In this document: piece after piece, positions 28,145-42,250 of the stretch
Position numbering within the stretch: the first letter of the stretch is position 1
Layout of the letters: the number at the start of each line of letters is the position of its first letter
Origin: Spironucleus salmonicida
Taxonomy: Eukaryota
Assembly (NCBI RefSeq): GCF_000497125.1
Contig: NC_090600.1
Coordinates: 248,001 to 312,000, forward strand
Reading direction: 5' to 3'
Length of the DNA stretch: 64,000 bases
Translations under genes and position numbers: made by a program
Notes under the pieces: generated by a model
What the model was told of the DNA's origin: nothing
Seen by the model: only the letters and a program-made list of their open reading frames with translations
Database searches by the model: none

Positions 28145-28159
28145 AATTTTAAGCACAGG

Positions 28160-28573
28160 TCACCTTAACGCTCTAAGCTTAGCTACCCAAGTTTGACTTA
28201 ATCCTGGGGCGAGTTTCAATGCGTCCAAGACTACTCCCCTAGCTCCAGACTCCAAGCCTGTGACCCACAACACGAGTTTCTGTTCCTATGCAGCAAGGGC
28301 CACTGCGTTCGCGGTCCTTCTGCCAAGTTATTCCATTAACGTCGTAGGTACCTATACTTTACGTCTAGCATGAAGTTGAGCCAAGATACCATATAATGCG
28401 CAGTGTGAAGACATTGCTGCAACACACACACCTTATGGACGCTAATTGGAAGGAACAGAGCAACCTAGATCCGGTGTTAAAGGCATCAGATCTGAAATAG
28501 AGATTTCCGAATCTGATGATGCTGATGGACCAAGGTATAACTCGTGCGCAATAGCATTGAAGCTTCCCAGCAT
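28160..28573 (-). CDS. Hypothetical protein (137 aa)
   Basis: MLGSFNAIAHELYLG...KLRALR; GC-richer than flanks, ends AGG-TGA. Confidence 0.6.
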
Positions 28574-28968
28574 TCAAAACTATTGATGAATTGCTAGCTT
28601 ATATAATAATATATATTTGATTTTGATTTGTAAGTTATAGACGACTTGATTTATTTAAAAATAATTAATAATTAATAATTATAATCCGATTAAATCAAAT
28701 AAATTTATTTGTGGTTTAGAAAATTAATATTAAAATAAAAATAAAATATTTATAATAAAAATAATAAAAATGAAAGTTATATTATATAATCTATGAATTA
28801 ATAATAAAAATAACGCCTTTTAATAATTTATATAATATATAATAAAATCTCTTTATTATAATTTTTTAATTTTGTTAAAGTGAATTTAAGTTAGTTATTT
28901 TTTAGATTATATTTTAGTGTAGATTTTAAATATAATATTCATACCTATAAATTTCAAGCAAAAATTAA

Positions 28969-30750
28969 ATGTCACACATTCAAGCTATTATCAAATCAGT
29001 TATTAATAAATAATGGATAGTAATAAATTCAGAGGCAAAGCTTTATTTTAATTTTGCGTTGATTTATCCAGTTGTTAAAGTTTTATATTCCAACCAGGAA
29101 CTAACATTTACCTTTTAATAACTTTACGAAGTCCATAAACAAGATGGTGCATTTGCCCTAGTATTTAAAACCGATACTTATACTGCACTAGAGTTTACTT
29201 CGGTTAATGGTCTTCATAACAAAACATAATCTGACGTTTTCACTGATGTTCTGACACGAGCAGATAATCTCTTGAAATATACAAAAAATCCTGTTACAAT
29301 TATTCATCATTCATAAGTACCATCTGATTTTGGATTTTCAAATTAGTTTGATTGTTAGGCCTTTTATTAAGATTTTAATGCTGATTTTTAGAAATTTGCA
29401 GGATATTTCTGCATAAGCATTATTGATCCAAACGAAGCTATCCTAAAAGGTATGAAATCAGGATATTATATGATTTGTGATAGTGAAATCAGCGGTGGAA
29501 TTTCGCAAAAGATCACTTCTAATCTACTTTATAGACTTTATACAGCTGAAAAACAGGTCAGCATGGTATGCGAATTTGGCGGTCTATCATTTTTATTCCA
29601 TGATAAAGCTTAATATAATCATTTTTCAAGGCTGCTGAAGTAGGCGGTTTCGAGCTCATATCAAACGATTTACAAAACTAACGCAAATGATACCTAATTT
29701 TATGATGAAACGTTTCAGAAATCCGATTAAGAAGATAGCGAGTATAACAACTTCGATGATAATGTAGAAACTTGTACTTAAGGACACGAAAAGGGTCACT
29801 ATTTCGATGCCAATGATAGAATGGCAGTCGTAAGCTTGGATGATGTCATAGCAATCTACTCAAATGAGAACAAGAACTTCACCAAAGTTGTCCTAAAAGA
29901 TCTCGAAAATCAGGTCGTTTCAGTGAAAGCTAAGGCTTAAAATTTTTCAATTTTAGCTACAGAAATTAATAAAGAATCGGTTGAAAGTATTCTTAGTTAT
30001 GATTTAAATGTTGATAGACCAAAATAAATCATAAACACCCTAAAAGGCACTGATTCTCGTTAAGTTGTCGATTTTGCTACTAATATAACTCAAAATATTG
30101 GAAATGCAAATATCAGTTCCGATAATGGAATTGTAGGTATTTCATGGAATTCTGTATATCTATTGGATAATAGAATGGAACAATCTAGAACTGGGCTAGA
30201 ATTTAACTATGTGAAGACACCTGATTTCTCTGTAGTTCATTTATGCAAAAATGGCAGTGTTATTATAGGTTTAGATGATGGAAGCTGTAAAATATTCAAT
30301 AAGTTAGGAAATCGTGCAATCAATTAATTTTAAGGTCTTGGATTTGGAATAACTGCTATTTCTACTGATTTAGCTGAAGAATATTTGATTTTAACATGCA
30401 AAAATATGATAATTGTTCAGTTTTTAGTTGACACAGAGGGTCTTAACATGCTTAGTAAAACATCTTAAATGTAACATAGAAAATCACCTGTAATTATTAA
30501 AATTTCTATTAATGATGCAGTTAGAGCTGGTACATTAGGAGGGTTAGCTCCAGCTTTTGTAAGCTCTGATAATAAGAGGCTGATTTCAGGATCTGCTAAA
30601 ACTTTGCTTATATGGGAGTTCAAAAATATTATTCTTAATAAAATAAAGAATGCTAGAAGAGTAGATTTAGGTGTCGTTGGTCATGGTGGTAGAGATATAA
30701 AAGAAGGAATTTTAGTTGGATGTGAAGGAGGATTCAAAGTAGTTAGGTGA
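28969..30750 (+). CDS. VID27: VID27-like WD40 protein (593 aa)
   Basis: GISWNSVYLLDNRM, NGSVIIGLDDGSCKIFNKLGNRAINQFQGLGFGITAISTDLAEEYLILTCKN and LLIWEFK match the VID27 C-terminal pattern. Confidence 0.8.
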
Positions 30751-30856
30751 TCCTAATATTTCTTTTACATATGACATTATATTTATTTTCATTTTGTAAT
30801 TATTCTGAATATTCAATGATAATTTTTAAATAGTATATAAATTATATATATAAAAG

Positions 30857-31621
30857 ATGATCAATTTTCTAAAATCATTATCAGACTCAAGCACTGAGCA
30901 AATTTAATACCCGAACTAACCAATTTTATCAAAAATTACGTATGGAAAACGAATTTCAATTTCAACATTAAATAACCAACCAAATACTAACGAAGCCGGA
31001 TAAAGGCTTATATCTCGATAAAGTATGCACTGTTAATAACTGTATGATAATCCGCGTACAATCTTATAAGTATAGCTCAGTAGTTAATTTTTAAATTAGT
31101 TTTAGACACCTAAATAAAGAGGTCTCACTTGTTATTAATAATAAAATTACTAACTATAGAAAAGATAAAAATAATTAATTTCATTATAAAAAATATTAGA
31201 AGAGAAAGGATTTCCCAGAGAGCCAGATATTTATTTCTCTTAGCTATATAAATTATTTCATATTTTAAGCATTAATTTTCATGGGGCAAAATAAGCAATT
31301 GGTGGTAAGTTGTTGTTAAAAGTTTGTATTTCGTTTATTAAAATAAAAGACAATAAACTCGATCTGGATAATTACAAATTTCTTTAAAAGAAATGTTAGT
31401 CGCCAAACCTATCTATTATACGAAATATGACATAAGTCGAATTAAAGTCACGCGAATAAAATTATTAATAATATTTGGTTACACGATGGTAAAATGAATA
31501 TATAGATATCATTAATAACTTAAGAAAATATAGACTGTAAAAAAAGTAATTAAAAGAGAAAAATGAATATATTTCTTAAATGGAAGCAGCAAACAGCAAA
31601 AAATAACGAAAATTTATTTGA
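30857..31621 (+). CDS. Hypothetical protein (254 aa)
   Basis: MINFLKSLSDSS...KFI; its stop abuts the Rab GDI stop. Confidence 0.65.
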
Positions 31622-33028
31622 TCATTCTTCAACATTCTCGGTTACCTCTTATATAGGTGGAACTTATTAAGGTTAAGGCCTTTAAATTTTACTATTCAAA
31701 TCTAGTACTTCTCCTGAAATTAAAGTGTACATTTCAAGAGCATCTTTAATAGTGCTTTCAAAGTGGGAAGTTGCATCATAGCTTTTAGATATAAATATAT
31801 TCATATCTTTTGCTTCGGGCTTGGGTACGTAAATATCTGTAGTTCTGTAAAATGATTTCAAAATTCCAGCCTAATTTAATAACTCAAAACCAGCTTTCAG
31901 TTCTTTCTAATCATTACCTTAAACTTATCCAGATACAAACCCTATGCATAAATTTTTCGGTGTAGTTCGATGGTTAAATCCTTAGGTAGTTACATAAATG
32001 TCATCATCTCTATCACATTATGAACCTGGTATAATAATTTATGCAGATGTATGCTGGATTAAATTACCATCTTAATCTTTTTCTTGATCAGACTAATCCA
32101 CACACCTCTTAATGGCCCCTTATAGAATACAAATTCCTCTTCCAACTTTACCTACACTCTATACTAGATCTGGAAAATAACTTGGGTCCCCAATTACAAT
32201 CTTTGAATAAACTTTTTCATCCCCACATCTAACACCTTCTACTTTGCCATCATTAATTAAGATTTCGTCCACTTATTTATCCAACATATAAGTACCACCC
32301 CATACTGCTGATAATCTAGCAAATGCTTATGGTATATCACCTAGACCATAAATTGGATAAATATAAGGAGAAGACCCATATCTTTATGTTGAAGCACCAT
32401 ATAATTAAATTTTTTCTAATATTGGTAATGCTACTTATCTAAGAGCCATATCATTTGTTTAAAGTGCCATTGCATGTAAAAGAAATTCTCTAGTCCCAGG
32501 CTCAAATTTATAGGAGTCAAATAATTCTGAACAAGTACATTTTGTGGGATCTAATTTCATTGGTTTATTGTTATATAAATAGTCATTTATATCTTGTAAA
32601 AATGATCCCATTCTTTTCTTTTCAAATAATCCCATTAGTTTTGAAGTTAAAGCCTCCTTTACAGTAGAAGGAACTTTTTGAATCTCATTTTTAGAGTAAA
32701 CAAATGATCCAGCGACTTTCCCAAAATCTAAATACATTAAACAGTCTGCATGTGTCAATGTTTTCATAAGGTCGCCTGAAGCTAGAATAAACTTAGGTAT
32801 CATATCTACATTCCAGTCTCCGTCTTTCCCAAAATTTTTAGGAATAGTAGCTGGATCTTCATTAAAGAATTCATAAAGTTATGTAAGTCTAAGTGACGCA
32901 CAGTCACCACCATAATATTTATTTCTATCCATATGTAAAACTTTCTTACCATGCACTGACAATAAAGCAGATAAAATCCCCTCTTTTAAACCTGTACCTA
33001 ATACTATAGCATCATATGTTTATTCCAT
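31622..33028 (-). CDS. GDI: Rab GDP dissociation inhibitor (468 aa)
   Basis: [98 protein letters not shown]. Confidence 0.97.
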
Positions 33029-33094
33029 TGATTTAGAATGGAGTGGTTTCTCAATTAGGTATTTATATATTAATTTAATTTGGTGATTTTTAAA

Positions 33095-33925
33095 ATGCAT
33101 TAATTAGGAACATTTTATAAAAATCTAATAGATATAAAAAATACAATTATGAAAACTTAAGATAGGCAGTTGTTTACAATTTTATTAGTATCTACAGATT
33201 TAAATATTCTTTAAGCATAACTTAAAAAATTATTTTATCAATCTTATGATCTTTAATCTGTATAATTTCCATTACTAATATCACCTAAATTTAATCCAAA
33301 TTTCACATCATTCTACCTACTATAATAAATAAACTCGTAAAATTACCATACTCCAGATCATTTTAAATAATTTTCAGATAGTACAGTATCTTATTAAATT
33401 ATTATTTCTAATAAAATTAGAAATGAGTTGCGAGAAAATTGTGATATATCAATAATGATTCACGATATTGATTGTATTAATAAGAAAACTAAAGGATTTA
33501 TTGATATAGGATATACTGAATAAGAGGATAGACACTCTTTGTAAAAATTAGTATTTACAGGAATGTAAACAGATATTTTAGAAGTCATATAAACATAGTA
33601 TTTTAGTAAGTTAAATGAAATAATAAGGGAGCTTAGTTTATTAAATAATCATTCTAACCTAAAAACGTATTTTATATACTTTGCTTATTACTATTCAATG
33701 TTAGAATTATGTTTAGGAGCGTTGGCTTTTGTTACTTATCCGCAAAAGAAATCCTATTTTATGATTATTGATTTATAAAACTGCAAAATTTATAGAGCTG
33801 TGCTTATATTTATATCTTAATGCTGTTTATTCTTCTATATGCGTAATGAATAAAAGTTACTGTATCGATAATCGAGTAAAGAAACTCTAAGTTAAATTTA
33901 AAAAACTTTGAAAGATTTAATATGA
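33095..33925 (+). CDS. Hypothetical protein (276 aa)
   Basis: MHQLGTFYKN...; start and stop in frame; divergent from GDI. Confidence 0.6.
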
Positions 33926-33935
33926 CTTATTATTA

Positions 33936-34463
33936 TCACTTGTCTTTATTTTTTTCGTCTTCGGCTTTTTACTGATAGTACCCTTATACTTTTCCGGCAA
34001 ATACCTCATCATAATTTGTAGATAAAACAGTACCTCCAGATTCATAAAAAGATTTCATCATAGCATGTTAAGCTTTCTCGTCTACTTATTTATAAATATC
34101 TCTCATAGATGCCATTGAATCTTTTACTTCGTCATCCTTGCCTAAGTTATCCAATTCCGCGTATTTTTTTAATTTTGTATCTTCATTAGGTCTCTCAATT
34201 TTAAGCAAGTAATCCAATTAGGAAGGAATGCTTGTTACCTAGAATATCAATTCAATTTTATATTTATTAGAACTTATCTATGGATTTTCAGCAGTACCAT
34301 CTAAATCAAAGCTATATTTATTATCTTTGATTTATATCTCTATTAAATCCGATTATACAAGTGTACAACTAATTTCCTAATTCTCTATTCCTTTTTAGTA
34401 GATCTCAATCGTGATACTTTTCTAAAATTAATACCACTTATAATTTAATGCTGGCTTCTCCAT
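33936..34463 (-). CDS. SGT1: SGT1-like Hsp90 co-chaperone (CS + SGS domains, no TPR; 175 aa)
   Basis: YKWYQ...ITIEIY (CS domain) and AMMKSFYESGGTVLSTNY (SGS signature). Confidence 0.9.
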
Positions 34464-34662
34464 TTCAGAATTGATTTTTAAATTATTTGTATAAAATTTA
34501 TATAATTTTATATATAATAAACTGACATATTAATAAAAATATGATATATTAAGTTATTATATAATAATTATTATTTGTAGACATACATAATAACTATTAG
34601 TTTATAACATTAAATATCAGTTATATTATTTTCTTTTTTCCTACACCTTACACTTTATTTAA

Positions 34663-35865
34663 ATGAATTGTAAATCTTGTTCAAATGTACTTATTTCACC
34701 GTACCAGCTACCATGTGGGCATTCATTTTGCTTTACTTGTATTGAATCGTTGCAAAATAAGTAGAAATTTTTTCATTGTCCAACATGCAAAAAATTGGTG
34801 CTTTCTAAACCAATTGAAAATGTAGATCTACAGCAACTGCTATAGTAAAAATAAAAGTAGTCACATGATACTTCTATAACTAGTTTAGTACTGTGTTTTA
34901 ATGGGACAGCTATAACTAAACAAAATACGTAATTCACTGTTTTCCTTACAAAAGTTCATCCAAAAAAGTAAGATTTTCTCAACCTTTCAATCTAGGGAAA
35001 ATTTTAAGGAGAGGCTTAGATAAAAATTAAAGTATAGAACTAGTTTGTTCACGAATTTTCACACATATTCTAAGGAACGCTCCTTTCAATCCCGTTTGGC
35101 CCCCGAAGTTTTCTTGAAGGGAAATTTGGAAAAGAGTGGAAAATCGATATTCAGTTGGAGCAGCATATTCCTAAGACCAGTAGCGAGTTTGTACTTGATA
35201 TAACCAACCCTAAGGGCTTTGGCGACGCAATCAAGGCATTTAAGAGGCAACGAGAGCTAAATAGACCACAAGAAGCTCTAAACGAAGGTCAGATGCTCCA
35301 AAACGAAGAGCTGTACAGCCTTAAAAGGCACCTAAAAAGCCAGAACGCCGCGCACAACCTAACCCGCCAAATGCTCAAAAAAGCCCACTCCGAAACGTGC
35401 AGCTACAGGCAGTACGCCCGGAAACTCAAATTCGAGCTCGGCGAACACGGCCTCCAGCAGCAGAAATTGGGCCTCTACCGCCAGACGATTTAGCAGCAAA
35501 AGCAGACGATTTTAAAGCACAATTTGATCTTCGATAAGCTGCGCGGCGTGCTGCCGCACCCGCAAAAAGTCTTCAAAATCCAAAACGCTGATCGCTCGAT
35601 TTTGCTCTGCGAGGAGCGCATTGAAATCAGGCCGCGCTTCTTCGACGGCGTTCTGGCCACTGCGGCCGTCGACGTGAAACTGGAAAATTTTAAATTTTTA
35701 AGGGTCGAAAAGGTCCAAAATCGCGCGTTCAGGAGGTGGGAAAATGGTACTTTTGACTGCAACGCTTTGGTTCGGAACGGGCTGATTCGGGAGATCCTGG
35801 TACGGGCGGCTGCGGGGGCTAGCGTTTCTGTTTGCGGGAGATAGATTGAAAGTGAAGATGAGTGA
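34663..35865 (+). CDS. C3HC4 RING-finger protein with coiled coil (400 aa)
   Basis: CKSC...PYQLPCGHSFCFTCI...CPTCK; joins track ORFs 35155 and 35524 via TAG=Q. Confidence 0.85.
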
Positions 35866-35961
35866 ATTATTATATAATAATAGATATATAAATGGGAAAA
35901 ATGGAGTGGAAGGAAGTAACAATATTAACATTATTATATAGTAATAATATTATAATAAAAA

Positions 35962-37008
35962 ATGAATAATTATTATAGCATACATTTATCGCGGACAGAA
36001 GCGTTATTATCTCAGAAAATGCCGCAAAATATATTTAATAAGGTAGACCAGTAAATTTCCTTAATTATTTAATCAGATAGTGATCTAAGAGTTAAAATAG
36101 CCTAGTTGGAAGAGATAACAATTTAGCACTAGCTCCTTGCATACCAGGTGATATAGTTTGGCATTTTTGAATTTCTATTCTAAAATATTTCAAAGTTTCC
36201 ATCAACAATTTTAGCCATTCTCGCAGATCTCGTTTAGCCGGATTTGGAAGTTCTTTATCTTCAAAACTTGATTTTTTTACAACCTATTTTTAGTTTAATT
36301 ACAACAACTTATCATCCCCATATTTTATCAAAATACCTATTTTTACTATGTAGGTTAAACTAATAATTTCAATTAGAAATTTTCGTCGGACTTGGCCATT
36401 AAGCCTTAAAAAACATATAAAATTTTGACTATTAAATCGATCCTGATAGCGAGATGTATTTTTTATAGTTGTTTCGTTATGTTTCTAAGTCACTTTTCTT
36501 TACAAGTTTCTTTAGTAGTTAAGAGGTATATGATTTTTTAGTTTGTGCATCGAAATATAAGTTGGCTCAGACATAAAACTATTTTGAAATTTATTCTAAT
36601 CATTTACTACATCAGATTGATTTTTATAATTTTATAGAAGTGAATGAGGAGCAAAATAATGCAATTTCTCTTTTAAAAATATCGTAAAAGGTACCTTTTA
36701 CGAGATTATTAATTGGACTTATATCTTAGGCTCAAACTGGAAACCTGATATTGTTTGCATTGAATAATTTAAAAACAACTAAAGTATCTTCTAGTTTGGC
36801 TCGTTTTTCAGTTATATTTATGCATAAAATTATTATACAATTTAATATAAATATAGACAATTTAGATGTAAATTTTAAAGTATTATCATAAATTGCAGGT
36901 GGATAACGATTTGAATTAGTTCATTAAGCAGTTTAAGAATTAATATACTTAAGTGAAGAGTTAACTGAAGATGAAAAATGCGACTTAATTGGTTATTTCC
37001 GACGCTGA
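35962..37008 (+). CDS. Hypothetical Leu-rich helical (ARM/HEAT-like) protein (348 aa)
   Basis: Open frame, amphipathic L/I/F-rich helices, ends TGA-TGA. Confidence 0.65.
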
Positions 37009-37151
37009 TGATTTAAGAAAGCCAATTTGTGCTTATATATAAAAAGCAGCCAAAATTTTGTATGATAAAGTTATATGATTATATTATTTTAATTCTTGTT
37101 TGATTATAAATTATAAAGTACACATATATTCACATTTTCCTTTTCACTCCA

Positions 37152-40100
37152 TCATTTTTTTGGTATCAAAAAGCTTTTGTCTAACCCACTTAATTCGTAG
37201 TTTTTCGTTTATCTACTTTCGATCACGAAACTCGCACCATACAGTTCGAGTTACCGCCTAAATGGTAATTTTCCTATCTACGACTAGAATAGTTTGTCGG
37301 GACGTGGCTTAGATGACTTTATTAAGTTTGAGTTTATACCAGAAAATTTAGAAATTTGCAGAGACTTTTCATACCCAGAGCAAATATCTTCAAGTGAAAT
37401 TTTGAGGGTTTTTGGTTCGCAAGAATTCGATTAAAGTTATGAAAAGTAGAGATTTGCAGGATCATTTAGGTCTAGTTAATTGAGCTTTTTCTTCATTTCG
37501 CTGTGCTTTGCTTTTGTGTCATTAAATTCAAAATTATATATGAATTTTTATGGAAACTTTTGTTGTTTAGTAGATATATCAGGAGAAATTTTTACGGAGA
37601 AATCTAAGTCTTCTGGTCTTACTTCATTATGATTTATTTGCCGGGGATGAGATTAAGTCTCAGTTGATAAAAGTTCTGATTCAATTGTTTAATATTTAAG
37701 ATGTGAAGATTTTAATTATGTTTAAAGAGTTTTTAAGTGAGTTTTATTAAGAAGTTGTAGAGCTTATATTTTGAGACTTGAATTGTTTTGAGAGTTCACA
37801 GAAGCATCTAATATATCCGTTGATTCTGATTGTTCTGTAGGGGAATTAAGTACCTCAGTTGTCTCTGATGACTTAAGTACAGTCTGGATGTAATCATCAT
37901 CAATTATTTCATGTTATGATAAATAACAATAATTGGATTTATCATTTTATGATTTATCAAATTAAACTAAATTATTAGATAGCTTTATTTGATTTTATTA
38001 GATTAAGTCATTGCACGAACTATCATTTAAATTGTATGCAGATGTATCAAGTTAGATTGTGATTCCTGAGGCTACATCGATGATTGACTACTAAAATTGG
38101 TCTAATTTTTATAAAGATTCCTACGTTAAATCTTAAGATTTTTATTTTTTACCTTCAATAATAAGCTAAAGTGAATTAATATTGCTACCTTAAGATTGTT
38201 ATAAACTTAATCTTTTTTGAGAATCATTAGTTTAAAGTTATTTAAAATTAGCGTGCTCCCTTTCTACCTCCTTCCCAGATAGGTCCGCCAGGGTACTGCG
38301 GGCGTTGGAGTGCTCTGCCTCTGCCTCCTTCCCAGATAGGTCCGCCAGGGTACTGCGGGCGTTGGAGTGCTCTGCCTCTGCCTCCTTCCCAGATAGGTCC
38401 GCCAGGGTACTGCGGGCGTTGGAGTGCTCTGCCTCTACCTCCTTCATAGATAGGTCCGCCAGGGTACTGCGGGCGTTGGAGTGCTCTGCCTCTACCTCCT
38501 TCCCAGATAGGTCCGCCAGGGTACTGCGGGCGTTGGAGTGCTCTGCCTCTGCCTCCTTCCCAGATAGGTCCGCCAGGGTACTGCGGGCGTTGGAGTGCTC
38601 TGCCTCTACCTCCTTCATAGATAGGTCCGCCAGGGTACTGCGGGCGTTGGAGTGCTCTGCCTCTGCCTCCTTCCCAGATAGGTCCGCCAGGGTACTGCGG
38701 GCGTTGGAGTGCTCTGCCTCTGCCTCCTTCCCAGATAGGTCCGCCAGGGTACTGCGGGCGTTGGAGTGCTCTGCCTCTGCCTCCTTCCCAGATAGGTCCG
38801 CCAGGGTACTGCGGGCGTTGGAGTGCTCTGCCTCTGCCTCCTTCCCAGATAGGTCCGCCAGGGTACTGCGGGCGTTGGAGTGCTCTGCCTCTACCTCCTT
38901 CCCAGATAGGTCCGCCAGGGTACTGCGGGCGTTGGAGTGCTCTGCCTCTACCTCCTTCCCAGATAGGTCCGCCAGGGTACTGCGGGCGTTGGAGTGCTCT
39001 GCCTCTGCCTCCTTCCCAGATAGGTCCGCCAGGGTACTGCGGGCGTTGGAGTGCTCTGCCTCTACCTCCTTCATAGATAGGTCCGCCAGGGTACTGCGGG
39101 CGTTGGAGTGCTCTGCCTCTACCTCCTTCATAGATAGGTCCGCCAGGGTACTGCGGGCGTTGGAGTGCTCTGCCTCTACCTCCTTCCCAGATAGGTCCGC
39201 CAGGGTACTGCGGGCGTTGGAGTGCTCTGCCTCTGCCTCCTTCCCAGATAGGTCCGCCAGGGTACTGCGGGCGTTGGAGTGCTCTACCTCCTTCATAGAT
39301 AGGTCCGCCAGGGTACTGCGGGCGTTGGAGTGCTCTGCCTCTGCCTCCTTCATAGATAGGTCCGCCAGGGTACTGCGGGCGTTGGAGTGCTCTGCCTCTG
39401 CCTCCTTCATAGATAGGTCCGCCAGGGTACTGCGGGCGTTGGAGTGCTCTGCCTCTGCCTCCTTCATAGATAGGTCCGCCAGGGTACTGCGGGCGTTGGA
39501 GTGCTCTGCCTCTGCCTCCTTCATAGATAGGTCCGCCAGGGTACTGCGGGCGTTGGAGTGCTCTGCCTCTGCCTCCTTCATAGATAGGTCCGCCAGGGTA
39601 CTGCGGGCGTTGGAGTGCTCTGCCTCTGCCTCCTTCATAGATAGGTCCGCCAGGGTACTGCGGGCGTTGGAGTGCTCTACCTCCTTCATAGATAGGTCCG
39701 CCAGGGTACTGCGGGCGTTGGATCTGTCAGCATCTGTCCAGTCTATTTCAGGAGCATCAATTGTTGCTCGTTGCAACATATCCGTATTGCCACTTGCTTA
39801 CTTTGCAATAAATTTTTTTGGAACCCTCATATCTTTTGTCGGTTTATTATTTATAGAACTTTAGTTTTATAGAGCTGCTAGATTATAATTTTATGGATAA
39901 TGAGTATATTAAATAGGAATTTCTATAATTTTATTTTGATCATTATTTATAGGTTATGGTGGAGAATACTGGCAGATATTACTGCTACGTTAATTTATAG
40001 TTTAAAATTTTGGCTTTTAATGTTCCATCATCTTATCTATATCTACGATATCTGTTTCCTGATTTTCTTCTATAATTGGAAATATAAGTTAATTTAAGGT

Positions 40101-41552
40101 TGAACCACTACATTTAATTACATTAGATTATATAAAATCTTACTCAAATGATTATTTAACCTCTTATTATAACTATACATCTTTTTAATAATTTTAACCA
40201 GATATTTTAAATTCATGCTTTCTAAAGTCAAAGTTACCATCTCTAACTTTTTTTTGTATCTCTCTTGAAATTTTTGTCTTAGGCAACAAAATAGGAGAAT
40301 CAATTGGTGAAGGTAATATTAAATTATCAAGTTCTTTATCTATGTCCAATATCTCTGGCTCTTTTTGTTCTATATCTATATTATACTACTGTATGATGTT
40401 TTAAATATTTTATACAATATTTAATTAATCTATATCTTACCCATTTTTGAGAGCAAAACACGTTTAAGTCATCCAAAATCCATCCAATTTACAAAACTCT
40501 AAAAAAAGTGATTCATACATAACATTATATTCTAAACTAAGTGATTCAATGTCATAAACAGAATAGTCAATATTAAAATTCATTATTTATCCTAGTATGT
40601 CCAAGCTTAAATCTTAAGGTTAACATATTACATCATAAATTTCATATAGAAAAATATCATCTATAATATAACTTAAGCCTTACTAAATTTGGATTTCGAT
40701 TCCAGAAAAGTGAATTTTTGTCTCCTTCCAAGATCTTAAATTAATACAACTTTTCACAATTACATTATATAGTTCTTAAAATAACTACGAAAATTCTCCT
40801 GAGTTAGGAATAATAGTTATACTATGGTATTACTCACTTTCTAGTATACATTGTTAAAGAAATTAAGAAATTGACAGATTTATTTTATTCCATTTATCAT
40901 ATAAAGAAGTTTGATTATAAGCTTAAGCTAAATTTCTAGTCAAGTCAATCATAATTTATACTGAATCTAGCTAAAACATTTCACAAATTTAAAGTATATA
41001 TTTTTTATACTAAGCAAAACTTTCCTTAGAATCTTTAGACTCAGAAAATTAAATTTCTGTAATTTTTATTGCCTGTTTATCACCTAAAAAAGATGGTTTC
41101 AATGGTTTTGACATAATATATGCTTTCACTTTATCAGATAAGTAAAGTAATATATGTTCTCCAAAAATAAATATCAAAAATTAATAAATTAGGTCTTACT
41201 ATGAGCTAAGCTGAACTTATTTAATGTTATGATTCATAATTATTATATTTTCTTTAGCAATACTTCTAAAATGCAAATTAGGTAATGGGGAAAATTCTTC
41301 ACGGAATGAGAATTTATCAGGAAATTTATGATAATATTTAAAATTTAATACTCTTGAAAATTCTTCTAATATTTAGTCATTTGTTACACGCCGAACTTAT
41401 AATAGCTCATTGTTAACTTTCATCACCTGCCCTGTTAATAATTCAATCTTAGAAATGTTTTTAGTTCGATAGATAACTGTACACGGAGTCAAATTTTTAA
41501 TACAAAATGGATTTCCAGTAAACTCAGTTAAATAATAAAGTTGGGACATCAT
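37152..41552 (-). CDS. Giant hypothetical protein (~1466 aa) with 26 internal 19-aa repeats
   Basis: MMSQLYYLTEF... checked TGA-free down to the repeat; ends SGLDKSFLIPKK. Confidence 0.8.
38250..39722 (-). repeat. Coding minisatellite, 57-bp unit (two 51-bp variants), 26 copies of SNARSTLADLS[M/G]KE[A/V]EAEH
   Basis: Period of 57 seen directly (38281 to 38338); GC-rich compared with flanks. Confidence 0.97.
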
Positions 41553-41663
41553 ATTTTGAACAATATACAATTTATTTGATAAAATATTATAAGTAATATT
41601 TTTAAAAATAGTTTTTAAATAAATTCATATAATATAAATACATAATTCATTGTGTTAAAAAAT

Positions 41664-42149
41664 ATGGATGAAATATGTTAATTATAAGCCGAACTGGATT
41701 AACTGAATCAGGAGATTCTTATGGCTACTTTAATGACAAATTAATAAGAATTAGTAGATGCTATAACACAGACAGATATTATAGAATAAATAGAGGCCTC
41801 TGAAAATACTTAATTTTAAGTTGATTTTGGTGCTCAAAATACTTATAAATTTGATCCAAAAATACATGCAGAAAAATCATTTTAGATAGCAAAGAGTGTT
41901 AGAACATTTAATCATAATCCTTGTTAAATAGCTTAAAAAACGAAACCAATACCTCCTTCTAGAGTTCACAATATGTATAAGACAATTGATTAATAAACCT
42001 CACCTTTAATATCAGTTTATACTGAGTAAAGTCCTTCTTTAAATTTAAGTTCGACATTAAAGGTTCCAAAGTAGGGCCTAAGATCAAAACCCCCACCATA
42101 ATAAAACGATGGTTTAGTTCAGGTTCTAGGTAAAAGTTTATAGTGGTGA
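41664..42149 (+). CDS. Hypothetical protein (161 aa)
   Basis: MDEICQLQAELDQLNQEIL...KSLQW. Confidence 0.65.
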
Positions 42150-42250
42150 ATATTGTTCTATAGTTTATATACTTATAATATTGTTGTAATTTAATTATAC
42201 TAATTACACTTATTATATTATATGATTATGATATTATTTATGCGAATAAA

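Noticed and set aside
38250-39722. CRISPR-like appearance of the regular repeats
   Set aside because: No unique spacers, unit length is a multiple of 3 and in frame, eukaryotic context, no cas genes.
38305-39864. 519-aa plus-strand ORF in the track
   Set aside because: Antisense shadow of the 57-bp coding repeat; the minus frame continues into unique sequence on both sides.
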